Shown in pieces: positions 38,317 to 46,381 of a stretch of DNA of 55,735 bases (position 1 is its first letter; each line of letters opens with the position of its first letter). The notes below the pieces were generated by a model that worked only from the letters and a program-made list of their open reading frames with translations, was not told where the DNA came from and searched no databases. The stretch is taken from the IMG/VR virus record IMGVR_UViG_3300025127_000014, one strand, 5' to 3'. This stretch comes from an uncultured virus (IMG/VR IMGVR_UViG_3300025127_000014) (Duplodnaviria > Heunggongvirae > Uroviricota > Caudoviricetes). The translations under genes were made by a program, and so were the position numbers.

Positions 38317-38630
38317 TGGAATTTTACGACATTACCGATGAAGAACCCGCTCGACCCGGCGAAATGATTTTATATACCCCGCGACACAGTATTGTTGTTT
38401 GTGCTGGTGTTGTTGATAATAAAATGCGCGCTTTCGATCGTGGCTCCTTTTTAGAAGATGATATTGAGTTGTTTAAAAAAATAAAAATGACCAAAAAAGA
38501 ATACGTAAAGCGTACCCACTCTCGTTGTAAGGGCTGTGGTGGTGGCAAAAAAGCTAGCAACAAAGGTCCGATTCCGCCAGAGCGCACCATGACTGGCAAG
38601 GGCTGCAAAGGTTGTGGCTCTAGAAAATGA
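38316..38630 (+). CDS. Hypothetical protein with two CKGCG motifs
   Basis: TAATG coupling. Confidence 0.7.
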   Translation: MEFYDITDEEPARPGEMILYTPRHSIVVCAGVVDNKMRAFDRGSFLEDDIELFKKIKMTKKEYVKRTHSRCKGCGGGKKASNKGPIPPERTMTGKGCKGCGSRK

Positions 38631-38785
38631 CAAGCGTCGAGGACAAAATAATTCAGTTTTGTTTAATTCAACTTCAAATTTTAAAAGATAGGGAAACAAA
38701 GATCAGAAAGGATCTTCAAGATTGTAAGATACAAACTGAATTTTTGAATTCAATCATTGAGGATATAAAGGCTCAGAATGACTAA
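38627..38785 (+). CDS. 52-aa coiled-coil peptide
   Basis: Overlaps both neighbours; fills gap exactly. Confidence 0.55.
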   Translation: MTSVEDKIIQFCLIQLQILKDRETKIRKDLQDCKIQTEFLNSIIEDIKAQND

Positions 38786-39041
38786 CATCTATACTTACTG
38801 CTTGTTTGATAATGATGGTAATTTTGAAGGAGTCTACTCTTCGTTAAAGTTTGCATACAGAGATGCTCTTAAAATATCAAACACAGGCTACAGTGAAGTT
38901 TTTATGATGACGCCCGATGGCTGGGGTAGTCCTTCGCTTAAGGACTTACGAAACATACTTAAAGGTAAGATAGATATTATCATTTTATTTAAAAGTTCAC
39001 ATGGCGGTGCTAGATTACTAAAAACAAAACTAAGGGAATGA
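38778..39041 (+). CDS. Hypothetical protein
   Basis: ORF in chain. Confidence 0.7.
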   Translation: MTNIYTYCLFDNDGNFEGVYSSLKFAYRDALKISNTGYSEVFMMTPDGWGSPSLKDLRNILKGKIDIIILFKSSHGGARLLKTKLRE

Positions 39042-39066
39042 ATCGTATCTTGAACATAGTTACTAT

Positions 39067-39312
39067 GTGGACTTAAGTAAGGGCGATTTAATCCGTTGGA
39101 TAGACGATTATGATATGTATGAGGCATCTGAGGGTGAGATACAACCAATTCACCCAATTTATGCTTATGGCATAATCATGGAAGTCTCTAAAAATGATCC
39201 TAAAAATGTTGTGGTTTGCAGAATAGAAAGCAACGGTCCCAATTTAGTTTTACACATGATACATGATGGTTTTGAATTGGTTAGTAGTTCAAAAACAACA
39301 AATAGTTCTTGA
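39067..39312 (+). CDS. SH3/KOW-like small protein (KGDLIRW)
   Basis: GDL..GIIMEV..FELVS family pattern. Confidence 0.65.
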   Translation: MDLSKGDLIRWIDDYDMYEASEGEIQPIHPIYAYGIIMEVSKNDPKNVVVCRIESNGPNLVLHMIHDGFELVSSSKTTNSS

Positions 39313-39337
39313 CACATCACCACTATTCAGTTATTAT
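39309..39337 (+). promoter_or_regulatory. Sigma70-type promoter; probably leaderless transcript
   Basis: TTGACA-17-TATTAT; ATG at 39344. Confidence 0.7.
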
Positions 39338-39343
39338 ATGTAC

Positions 39344-39610
39344 ATGGATAAAGACATTATTTGGAAAGCACAGATGGCAGCACTCCGTGAAATGGAAGTA
39401 AATCTAGTGTCCTTGATCAAAGCTGCAAAAGAAACACAAAGCCGTATTCGTGATGACGGCCTCAGTGCCAACTTCAGCCAAAATCATGATTGCTATGCCT
39501 ACGCTGTAGGAGTGTGGAAGCAGAGTCTGCGTCTTGCAGAGTTAAAAAAACTTGAATATGAGGTTACTGGCCGAGATCAGAACGGCAGAAAGAAAAAAGA
39601 GGGTCACTAG
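39344..39610 (+). CDS. Hypothetical protein; stop lies inside tRNA-Lys
   Basis: Start reassigned downstream of promoter. Confidence 0.65.
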   Translation: MDKDIIWKAQMAALREMEVNLVSLIKAAKETQSRIRDDGLSANFSQNHDCYAYAVGVWKQSLRLAELKKLEYEVTGRDQNGRKKKEGH

Positions 39611-39676
39611 CTCAGTTGGTAGAGCATCGGACTTTTAATCCGCTGGCCGCAGGTTCGAATCCTGCGTGACCCACCA
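39601..39676 (+). tRNA. tRNA-Lys(TTT)
   Basis: GGGTCAC/GTGACCC acceptor, CT-TTT-AA loop, GTTCGAATC, encoded CCA. Confidence 0.95.
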
Positions 39677-39691
39677 CTTAAAGGAGGAAAA

Positions 39692-39862
39692 ATGATTGAC
39701 TATACAATCATGGAATATAATATCGAAACTAGAAAATATACTGCTATTGGCGTGGCCGAGGGCAGTGATGGCAAGATTGCCAAGCAAAACTATATTAACA
39801 GACATGGCTGGACGCCACGTGAAAACATTTTGTTATTTGCAAAGCCCCCGCTGTGTCGTTAA
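39692..39862 (+). CDS. 56-aa hypothetical protein (MIDYTIMEYN...)
   Basis: AAGGAGG RBS; fills space between tRNAs. Confidence 0.7.
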   Translation: MIDYTIMEYNIETRKYTAIGVAEGSDGKIAKQNYINRHGWTPRENILLFAKPPLCR

Positions 39863-39868
39863 ATTTTC

Positions 39869-39945
39869 GGGCTCTTAGCTCAGTTGGTCAGAGCACGCGG
39901 CTCATAACCGCATGGTCGTGGGTTCAAGTCCCACAGAGCCCACCA
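39869..39945 (+). tRNA. tRNA with CAT anticodon, Ile2 (lysidine)-like
   Basis: GGGCTCT/AGAGCCC acceptor, CT-CAT-AA loop; resembles bacterial tRNA-Ile2, lacks initiator features. Confidence 0.9.
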
Positions 39946-39966
39946 TCTTAATAAAGGAGAAGCCAT

Positions 39967-40113
39967 ATGGCTAGTAAAAAAAACACCACAGGCTCAACGA
40001 GTCATAAGAAGAAAACGAGTATCGGCAACGGTACAAACACAAAGCGCAAGCAGCCCGGACCCCACGGTGGCAATAAGGGATACAAAAAGCGTTATAGGGG
40101 TCAAGGTAAGTGA
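39967..40113 (+). CDS. 48-aa very basic peptide ending YKKRYRGQGK
   Basis: AAGGAG RBS; GTGA overlap with next ORF. Confidence 0.8.
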   Translation: MASKKNTTGSTSHKKKTSIGNGTNTKRKQPGPHGGNKGYKKRYRGQGK

Positions 40114-40307
40114 TTTATACCGCTGTATTTCAAGATAAAGATGGACATTATCACTTCGAGACGCATGTCGCAACACATGATCGGCGTGTAGCATGGCGCG
40201 AGGTTTACAAAAAGCGTTCAAACACTGATGCATGTTTAGTTATGTTGATTGATGGTCAAGCAAATGTCAGGACTCATGAAGATATTGTTGACATTAACGA
40301 ACAATAG
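40110..40307 (+). CDS. Hypothetical protein
   Basis: GTGA coupling. Confidence 0.65.
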   Translation: MIYTAVFQDKDGHYHFETHVATHDRRVAWREVYKKRSNTDACLVMLIDGQANVRTHEDIVDINEQ

Positions 40308-40315
40308 GTTATACT
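40288..40315 (+). promoter_or_regulatory. Sigma70-type promoter; probably leaderless transcript
   Basis: TTGACA-16-TATACT; ATG at 40322. Confidence 0.65.
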
Positions 40316-40321
40316 AATAGC

Positions 40322-40711
40322 ATGAAACAAGCAAAAGTTAGAAAACACACTGTCGGATTTTTTCGAAATGATGCCGAAGTGCCTTTCATTAATCTAGAAA
40401 TGTTTGAGACAATTGAACAGGCAACGGGTATACCTCACTATTGGCGTGATCGAAATGGTAATGTCTCACAGTTTTGGCACAGCGGGATCATACCTAAAGG
40501 CACGGGTGTTGTATGTCAACATCGCGAGCGTGGGATGAAACACACGTTCTGGACTGTAACTGATCCTGAAAGTGAACTTATTGGCAAAATGTTCATCATT
40601 GGCCATACGTTTAAGGATCGTCAGGAAGATGAGTTTGAGAGGTTTGAGTACTCGAACATTTCGCCTACGTTAAAGTATTCGATTTTAGCAGAAAAGCCCT
40701 TGACAAAGTAA
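40322..40711 (+). CDS. Hypothetical protein
   Basis: 129-aa ORF between two promoters. Confidence 0.75.
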   Translation: MKQAKVRKHTVGFFRNDAEVPFINLEMFETIEQATGIPHYWRDRNGNVSQFWHSGIIPKGTGVVCQHRERGMKHTFWTVTDPESELIGKMFIIGHTFKDRQEDEFERFEYSNISPTLKYSILAEKPLTK

Positions 40712-40728
40712 TGAGTAGATATTATAAT
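40700..40728 (+). promoter_or_regulatory. Consensus sigma70 promoter for tRNA-Arg cluster
   Basis: TTGACA-17-TATAAT. Confidence 0.8.
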
Positions 40729-40736
40729 ATATACAT

Positions 40737-40813
40737 GCGTCAGTAGCTCAGTTGGATAGAGCATCGGCCTTCTAAGCCGAGGGTCGCAGGTTCGAGCCCT
40801 GCCTGACGTGCCA
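40737..40813 (+). tRNA. tRNA-Arg(TCT)
   Basis: GCGTCAG/CTGACGT acceptor, TCGGC-CTTCTAA-GCCGA arm, CCA. Confidence 0.95.
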
Positions 40814-40835
40814 TCTAATAACAAAAGGAGATAAA

Positions 40836-41018
40836 ATGTTAGTTAGAAATGAAAATGCATCAGTGGCCTTCTTTGTGGCATCGCTGGTGTCCGTAGCAGC
40901 AAGTATCTTTGTATGGGTATCGGCTGATGGTGATCCCGCTCATGCCGAAAGGTTTGGTATTTTTGTCGGGCTGTGGGCACCCACGCTAATGGGACTTGCA
41001 AACTACTTTAGGGAATAA
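40836..41018 (+). CDS. Small two-TM protein (GIFVGLWAPT motif)
   Basis: AAGGAG RBS; two hydrophobic helices. Confidence 0.8.
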   Translation: MLVRNENASVAFFVASLVSVAASIFVWVSADGDPAHAERFGIFVGLWAPTLMGLANYFRE

Positions 41019-41151
41019 AATGGAATCAAACTTAAACGAGTTCGTGGGGATGGTGAGCATTGTTTGCAGTGCCACCTTCTTCATACTTATGTTTCGCTGG
41101 GGTATCCATCAGTTCGGTCGCACTGAGTCTAAACTTCAGCAAACAAACAAC

Positions 41152-41227
41152 GCGGGTGTAACTCAGCGGTAAGAGTAGTCGCCTTATATGCGATTGGTCG
41201 CAGGTTCAAATCCTGCCACCCGTACCA
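41152..41227 (+). tRNA. tRNA-Ile(TAT)
   Basis: GCGGGTG/CACCCGT acceptor, GTCGC-CTTATAT-GCGAT arm, GGTTCAAATCC, ACCA. Confidence 0.88.
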
Positions 41228-41230
41228 TAT

Positions 41231-41306
41231 TGCCCCTTAGCTCAGTTGGTAGAGCAAGCGACTGTTAATCGCTGGGTCCACGGTTCAAGTCCGTGAGGGG
41301 CAGCCA
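41231..41306 (+). tRNA. tRNA-Asn(GTT)
   Basis: TGCCCCT/AGGGGCA acceptor, AGCGA-CTGTTAA-TCGCT arm, GCCA. Confidence 0.95.
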
Positions 41307-41324
41307 TTTTATAAAGGAGAAAAC

Positions 41325-41513
41325 ATGGGATACCACGATAGGTTGCCACCAAGCTATAACGAGACAACGGGGATTGGCGTCGTCAATCCATTACGCGATC
41401 TTCAAAAACGCTTGGATGCTATCCAAGATATTATTAGTGAACTTCCAGAGAAGGCTATGTCTACTGCTGAACTTTCAGTTAGGATTCAAAAGGCACTCGA
41501 TGGTGAAGGATAA
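41325..41513 (+). CDS. Hypothetical protein
   Basis: AAGGAG RBS. Confidence 0.7.
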   Translation: MGYHDRLPPSYNETTGIGVVNPLRDLQKRLDAIQDIISELPEKAMSTAELSVRIQKALDGEG

Positions 41514-41863
41514 TGAACGATTATTATATGAATAAAGTATCATTACCGCGTTCTGTAAGATCCCAAACTAAATTAAGGGAGTCCCTTGCAGCTTGGGGAA
41601 CAGATAGATTACTTCACGTTGTCAATGCGTGCCATGACAGCCAAGATCAGTTTCGTTCAGACTTTGGACGTATTCACAATAGATATGCAAACATGACATT
41701 TTTGATTACTGAGGCAGTGCCCGACGACAAGCTAGCCTATGCAGCCGAAACGCTTTTGATTTGGCTTCAAGAGGATTTTGATAAGGCCGATACTGGCCCA
41801 CGTAAAGAAGCGGCAGGTATTTGTTCTGCCGAGTTGTTTAACATTCTTAAACTTTATAGTTAG
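41513..41863 (+). CDS. Hypothetical protein
   Basis: TAATG coupling. Confidence 0.7.
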   Translation: MNDYYMNKVSLPRSVRSQTKLRESLAAWGTDRLLHVVNACHDSQDQFRSDFGRIHNRYANMTFLITEAVPDDKLAYAAETLLIWLQEDFDKADTGPRKEAAGICSAELFNILKLYS

Positions 41864-41877
41864 AAAGGAGAAAGATA

Positions 41878-42036
41878 ATGAGAACATTTATGGGATATGC
41901 ATTTAAGTTTGCAGTTTTTTATTTTGGCATCAACTGGCTTGCCGATAATCCGCAAGTTATTGATAGTGTACGTAAAATGACAAACAGTGCGGTGGCTGTT
42001 GCCACTACCGCTATTGCATCGGTTGTGTCTGGATGA
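41878..42036 (+). CDS. 52-aa hydrophobic peptide (MRTFMGYAFK...)
   Basis: AAGGAG RBS; ATGA overlap with next ORF. Confidence 0.65.
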   Translation: MRTFMGYAFKFAVFYFGINWLADNPQVIDSVRKMTNSAVAVATTAIASVVSG

Positions 42037-42287
42037 CGATGCTCACAACATTTATTTTAGTTGGTATGGTTGACTCTTTTGATCCATATTTTGCCACGGT
42101 TGAACTAAATACTACACCAGCATCTAACGGTGGTCCTTCAATAGCGGTGATGCCAGTCTCGGTATTTCCTTGTGAGATTTACGAAGGTAAAGTTTTTTAT
42201 GTCGTTAAACTTCATGAGGATCAGGACGCAACCATCGTATGCCAAAAGGAAGTAAAAGATGACACCGGAAGAAGAAAAGCTGATTGA
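42033..42287 (+). CDS. Hypothetical protein
   Basis: ATGA coupling. Confidence 0.65.
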   Translation: MTMLTTFILVGMVDSFDPYFATVELNTTPASNGGPSIAVMPVSVFPCEIYEGKVFYVVKLHEDQDATIVCQKEVKDDTGRRKAD

Positions 42288-42435
42288 CGAGTGTATTGAA
42301 TCGCATTATAATATGATTAGGCACCACAGGCGACAGATTCTTGAACTTTGTCGTCGCAAAGAAAAGGGTTGTGCCGAAAAGATTTGCATGGAGTGTTTCG
42401 ATTTTGACATCATTGTTAAAAATCAAGATAGGTGA
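42259..42435 (+). CDS. 58-aa Cys-containing peptide (MTPEEEKLID...)
   Basis: AAGGA RBS; fills gap. Confidence 0.55.
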   Translation: MTPEEEKLIDECIESHYNMIRHHRRQILELCRRKEKGCAEKICMECFDFDIIVKNQDR

Positions 42436-42613
42436 TTTAGTCAAGTGGGAAAGTGTGACGAACGATGTGCAAGCAGTTCGTGAGCATTACGGTGTAGTTA
42501 TAGCATTTTCGCGTACTGGACACGAAACACTTTCAGCAAATGTTTTGTTTACTGATGGCGAAACATGGTGGGTCGATACCGGCAGGTTAGAGGTGATAAA
42601 TGAAGGTCGGTAA
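42404..42613 (+). CDS. SH3/KOW-like small protein (KIGDLVKW...LEVI)
   Basis: Family motif; GGAG then TTG 42404 (start uncertain). Confidence 0.7.
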   Translation: MTSLLKIKIGDLVKWESVTNDVQAVREHYGVVIAFSRTGHETLSANVLFTDGETWWVDTGRLEVINEGR

Positions 42614-42755
42614 TCTAATTAAACACAAAGTAACTGGTATGATTAGCATAGTGACTTGGACCGGTCGATATGGCGCTCATTTTAAAGTGGCGGGATTCCC
42701 TGTCAATCAGGTTTTTACGTCTGAAGCATGGGAGTGTATAAGTGAAAGTCGGTGA
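42600..42755 (+). CDS. SH3/KOW-like small protein (MKVGNLIK)
   Basis: GAGGT RBS; 51 aa, not in ORF track. Confidence 0.7.
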   Translation: MKVGNLIKHKVTGMISIVTWTGRYGAHFKVAGFPVNQVFTSEAWECISESR

Positions 42756-42927
42756 TCTCGTTAAGATTAAAGATGGGGTGCACGAAGATGGTATACCGTT
42801 TCACCGTCATGCTGTGATTGTTGGTGATATAAACGAGCAGGGAGATTATCAAGTTATGTTTTTTGGTTATGAAAAAACATTTAGTTTCAACAAGTTTTTC
42901 ATTGTCCCGCTACAAAAAGTAGATTGA
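42742..42927 (+). CDS. SH3/KOW-like small protein (MKVGDLVKI)
   Basis: Family motif; overlapping junction. Confidence 0.75.
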   Translation: MKVGDLVKIKDGVHEDGIPFHRHAVIVGDINEQGDYQVMFFGYEKTFSFNKFFIVPLQKVD

Positions 42928-42998
42928 TTTTTATGGTTGTTTTTTTTGAAAAGGTCAAAAGCATTTTAGACACTTATTTATTACTGGGGGTTAATCCG

Positions 42999-43304
42999 GT
43001 GGCTAACATATTTTTTAACGAAGAGAAGACCCCAAAGCAGGAAGCCATTAACCAAATGCTGGTTCATATTGGTAACTATTTTGATGGTAGATATGAGGTA
43101 ATCGCAGGCAGTGATGATGGTGGTAGTTTACTAGAAGTACAGGTGGAGGTTGACGATGTAAGTCAAACTATTGAATCTCAACATGAGACTTTTCCTTTCT
43201 TCGATGTTTGGCCTAAATGGATGGGCTGGCGCGTTGTTGTGTGTAAGGTTCCACCCGGCTATATCGATGCTATTACCAACGGAGTTGAACTTGACGACTA
43301 CTGA
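42999..43304 (+). CDS. Acidic hypothetical protein
   Basis: GGGGG then GTG 42999; ACTTATTTA upstream. Confidence 0.65.
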   Translation: MANIFFNEEKTPKQEAINQMLVHIGNYFDGRYEVIAGSDDGGSLLEVQVEVDDVSQTIESQHETFPFFDVWPKWMGWRVVVCKVPPGYIDAITNGVELDDY

Positions 43305-43491
43305 GTTAAAGGTTGGTGATCTTATTTCATTCAAGCCGATTGATTTTGGGCTGGAAGATTGGTCTAATCCGAGCATTGTTATGCACGAGTACGAGCCTCC
43401 CAACGAAGGGCTGTGGAGCATTTGGTGTGATGGGGTGTTCTGTGTCATAGACGATGCTAACTATGAAATACTGCACCTGACAGTCTCTTGA
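43291..43491 (+). CDS. SH3/KOW-like small protein (LKVGDLISF)
   Basis: GGAG then TTG 43291; stop in promoter box 2. Confidence 0.7.
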   Translation: MTTTELKVGDLISFKPIDFGLEDWSNPSIVMHEYEPPNEGLWSIWCDGVFCVIDDANYEILHLTVS

Positions 43492-43531
43492 CAACATATA
43501 CCTTGACCGGTGATACTTCCGGTGCTATATT
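43477..43531 (+). promoter_or_regulatory. Triple-box promoter 1
   Basis: CTGACA 43477, TTGACA 43488, TTGACC 43503, TATATT 43526. Confidence 0.85.
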
Positions 43532-43551
43532 TTATAAGTAAGGAGAGAGAA

Positions 43552-43755
43552 ATGGATTGGCCACAATGTTTTGACTGCGGTGAAGAGTTCAACCCTAAGC
43601 GCAAGGCGCTTGGTTATGAGTATTGTTTGGAGTGTGGTGAGAACCACGCACACGAAGTATCTGAGCGTATGAAGAAATGTACCGCACCACTTTATAACAA
43701 GGGTGCTTATCAATATGTAGGAAGCGTGCAAGATGCACGATGGGCAGGTAGATAA
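43552..43755 (+). CDS. C4 zinc-finger protein (DksA/TraR-like spacing)
   Basis: AAGGAG then ATG 43552; CFDCGEE..PKR.ALG...CLEC. Confidence 0.75.
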   Translation: MDWPQCFDCGEEFNPKRKALGYEYCLECGENHAHEVSERMKKCTAPLYNKGAYQYVGSVQDARWAGR

Positions 43756-44096
43756 TGATGAAAGTTTGGGTTATGCAAGGAAGCTATGAGGGCGAAGTAT
43801 TCTCATCGGTTCATCTTACACAGAAAGGTTGCGCCCTCGCGTGTATCGCTGATGTGTTGGAGTTCTTGGGCGTCGATGACAATGAGACTGCTTTGGGTGT
43901 TATGAATGATGTATACTCGTACACCGAGACTGACGGCGAGCAAACGGAAGCGTTCGAGTGGGATCAAGAAAAGATGAAGAGCATGACCAGCAAAGAGTTG
44001 TGGAAGATTTTTTCTGACTGGACCGAAATCAGTTGGGATCGTATGTCAGATCGTTCTTATTATATTGACGCACAGCCTATGGAGATTCAAGCATGA
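43755..44096 (+). CDS. Hypothetical protein
   Basis: TAATG coupling. Confidence 0.7.
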   Translation: MMKVWVMQGSYEGEVFSSVHLTQKGCALACIADVLEFLGVDDNETALGVMNDVYSYTETDGEQTEAFEWDQEKMKSMTSKELWKIFSDWTEISWDRMSDRSYYIDAQPMEIQA

Positions 44097-44275
44097 GAGT
44101 AGGGAGTTTGGTACACAGCCGCCACGATCCCGGTTATCAAGGTATTGTCATGGAGATAGGCCCAGAGGAAACGCGTGTCGACCATGAACGCCGCGCCTGT
44201 CGAGTGCGATGGCTGGACGGCGGCGAATCTATTGAGTTTATTAGAATGTTGGAGGTTATAAGTGAAGGAAAATAG
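44093..44275 (+). CDS. SH3/KOW-like small protein (MRVGSLV...LEVI)
   Basis: Family motif. Confidence 0.75.
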   Translation: MRVGSLVHSRHDPGYQGIVMEIGPEETRVDHERRACRVRWLDGGESIEFIRMLEVISEGK

Positions 44276-44387
44276 AACATTTAAAGATGACATTAGAAGA
44301 GCAGAACAGGCCACGCTCGCTTTTAGTTGGCTTGGTATTATCTCTGCGCTGACAATCATTGGTTATTCTTTTTGGAGTTTATCATGA
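44262..44387 (+). CDS. 41-aa single-TM peptide (MKENRTFKDD...)
   Basis: GGAGGT then GTG; ATGA overlap downstream. Confidence 0.55.
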   Translation: MKENRTFKDDIRRAEQATLAFSWLGIISALTIIGYSFWSLS

Positions 44388-44683
44388 AGGCGGGCGATCT
44401 TGTAACGCTCTCCGCGTATGCATTACAAACTAATGATCTACGTCGTTGGAGCCGGCGGATCTGGATTGATAAAAAGCCCTTGGTTGGTTTAATCGTGGAA
44501 GTTAAAGATATACCCAAAGTACACTCTTGGACTTCCGCAAATGAGAAAAAGCGTTATTATGTGGAGTGGATGCAGAATGACGGCCCCAATGGTAGATGGG
44601 GAAGAAGTTTTAATAAAAATAGGGATGATGCCTATTTTCTTAGGAATGACTTAAAGTTTGTAAAAAAAGGAGATTTCAAATGA
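44384..44683 (+). CDS. SH3/KOW-like protein (MKAGDLVTL)
   Basis: GGAG then ATG 44384; family motif. Confidence 0.75.
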   Translation: MKAGDLVTLSAYALQTNDLRRWSRRIWIDKKPLVGLIVEVKDIPKVHSWTSANEKKRYYVEWMQNDGPNGRWGRSFNKNRDDAYFLRNDLKFVKKGDFK

Positions 44684-45018
44684 ATGTTAATGAGTTTTTC
44701 AAGGCTGCCGGCGCAACCCGTAACCAGCGTGTGATTTGCGCAGATGGTTTTGAAATGAGCGTACAAGCGCACCAATCTGCGTATTGCTCACCGCGTATCG
44801 ACAACGCAGAAAAATATACCTCTGTTGAGATCGGTTTCCCAAGTGAGAGAGAACCAATGCTGATAGATTTTGCTGACGAGCCATCGCACCCAACCGAAAC
44901 TGTGTACGGCTACGTTCCCGTACAGATTGTGACGCTCGTACTCGCCAAGCACGGTGGTATCGTTGAGGGCAATGTACCACGCGGCGTGGCCCCGATCCCA
45001 GCGTTGACATTCTGTTGA
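44680..45018 (+). CDS. Phage hypothetical protein (CADGFEMSVQA..Y.SPR)
   Basis: AAGGAG RBS; stop in promoter box 2. Confidence 0.8.
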   Translation: MNVNEFFKAAGATRNQRVICADGFEMSVQAHQSAYCSPRIDNAEKYTSVEIGFPSEREPMLIDFADEPSHPTETVYGYVPVQIVTLVLAKHGGIVEGNVPRGVAPIPALTFC

Positions 45019-45058
45019 CAATAAATGGGTTGCATTGTGTATCAGAAAGGGCTATATT
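45004..45058 (+). promoter_or_regulatory. Triple-box promoter 2
   Basis: TTGACA 45004, TTGACA 45015, TTGCAT 45030, TATATT 45053. Confidence 0.8.
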
Positions 45059-45084
45059 ATAAGAGTAGAAAGGAGAAAATACAC

Positions 45085-45459
45085 ATGGGTTATCGTTCAG
45101 AAGTTATCTTGGCAGTCGGCGCAGAAGTCATGCCTCAGTTTATGATCACAATGGCAAAGTCGCCACAGGCACGCGAGTTGTGTTGGGCAAATCATGATGA
45201 AATGATCAAAGACTATGCCGGTGAGAAGGGGGCGTTCCTGTTCCGTTGGAATGGTATCAAGTGGTACGATAGTTATGAATGTGTACAGGCCATTGTTGAC
45301 TTTATTGATTGGTGTGAGAACGAAAGCATTGAAGTCGATGGCAAGGAAGTCGATGCATATGATTATTACCGCTTCGTTCGCATCGGTGAGGAAATGGATG
45401 ACAACGAGGCTCAAGGGTGGGGATTTGATATTCATATTGAAAGGAGCGCGACATACTAA
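45085..45459 (+). CDS. Phage hypothetical protein (MGYRSEV...IKWY...FVRIGEE.DD)
   Basis: AAGGAG then ATG 45085. Confidence 0.8.
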   Translation: MGYRSEVILAVGAEVMPQFMITMAKSPQARELCWANHDEMIKDYAGEKGAFLFRWNGIKWYDSYECVQAIVDFIDWCENESIEVDGKEVDAYDYYRFVRIGEEMDDNEAQGWGFDIHIERSATY

Positions 45460-45716
45460 TGAGATTCAAGAAAGGCGATAAGGTTTGGATGATCACTACA
45501 GGGTCCGCAGACGCGCGTATCCCATCATCAAAAGGCATAGTCTCAGAAGTTGTAGCGAGCAAGATGAGAGTTGTTTTAGAGAATGGTGACACAATCATCC
45601 AGAATGTCGAAAATGATCCAGATTTGATGGTGAGATTCGTACACGATATTACCCCTTCCCCAGCTTCGCGCGATTTTTTCTCGCCAAAAAATCTCTTTTT
45701 CAACATATTTAAATAA
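45459..45716 (+). CDS. SH3/KOW-like small protein (MRFKKGDKVW)
   Basis: AAGGAG RBS; family-like motif. Confidence 0.7.
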   Translation: MRFKKGDKVWMITTGSADARIPSSKGIVSEVVASKMRVVLENGDTIIQNVENDPDLMVRFVHDITPSPASRDFFSPKNLFFNIFK

Positions 45717-45727
45717 GGCAGGACACA

Positions 45728-46381
45728 ATGACAGAACACGCAATAATCGAGAAGATAAATCAAATCGTTGACTACCCGACTATGAACGATTGGTCACGTG
45801 GCTTTTGTGAATCCATCACAGAGCAAATCGAACGTGGTCGCAAACTTTCAGAGAAACAAATGGATGTACTTACAAGGATCTTTAACGAGAACACCGAAGA
45901 AGAAGTCAAGCGTTTAGAGAACTGGTCTGAAGACTACCAGTTAAAGTATTATGATATTGCTATGCTTCTGGCCAACTACTATCAAACCACGCCATATTAT
46001 AAGGGCGTAGTGAATGACGTACTTGGCGGTAGGACACCAGATCGTTATTCATTTTTTAAAATGCTTAACAATAAGTACGCCCACAAAGTTATTGAGGAAT
46101 CCCAACGACCCGCGAAGTATTCTGTGAGTGACTATGTTGTCGCTAATGCTAGCTGTGATTCTAGAAAACTGGAAGCTGTTGACTCTGCTCGCTTGAGTCA
46201 TCATGTGTTTAACGACTTTCGCCTTCGTGGCGGGTTCATTGTTGGCGTTAGCAGCATGATCAAGTCGGCGGCTAAGGGTGCTAAACGATACAAGATCCTG
46301 CCTCTTGGTTCAACGGTCACGTTCTGGGTAGAGGAACGGTATCTCAAAAAGGCACCTAAACCCAAGAAGCCAACTCCTTGA
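45728..46381 (+). CDS. Hypothetical protein (W.RGF.ES...Q..RGRKLSEKQ motif; SH3-like C-terminus)
   Basis: 217-aa ORF; stop in promoter box 1. Confidence 0.8.
   Translation: MTEHAIIEKINQIVDYPTMNDWSRGFCESITEQIERGRKLSEKQMDVLTRIFNENTEEEVKRLENWSEDYQLKYYDIAMLLANYYQTTPYYKGVVNDVLGGRTPDRYSFFKMLNNKYAHKVIEESQRPAKYSVSDYVVANASCDSRKLEAVDSARLSHHVFNDFRLRGGFIVGVSSMIKSAAKGAKRYKILPLGSTVTFWVEERYLKKAPKPKKPTP

Noticed and set aside
39869..39945. Initiator tRNA-fMet
   Set aside because: G1-C72 is paired and the anticodon stem lacks three consecutive G-C pairs; elongator Met is not fully excluded
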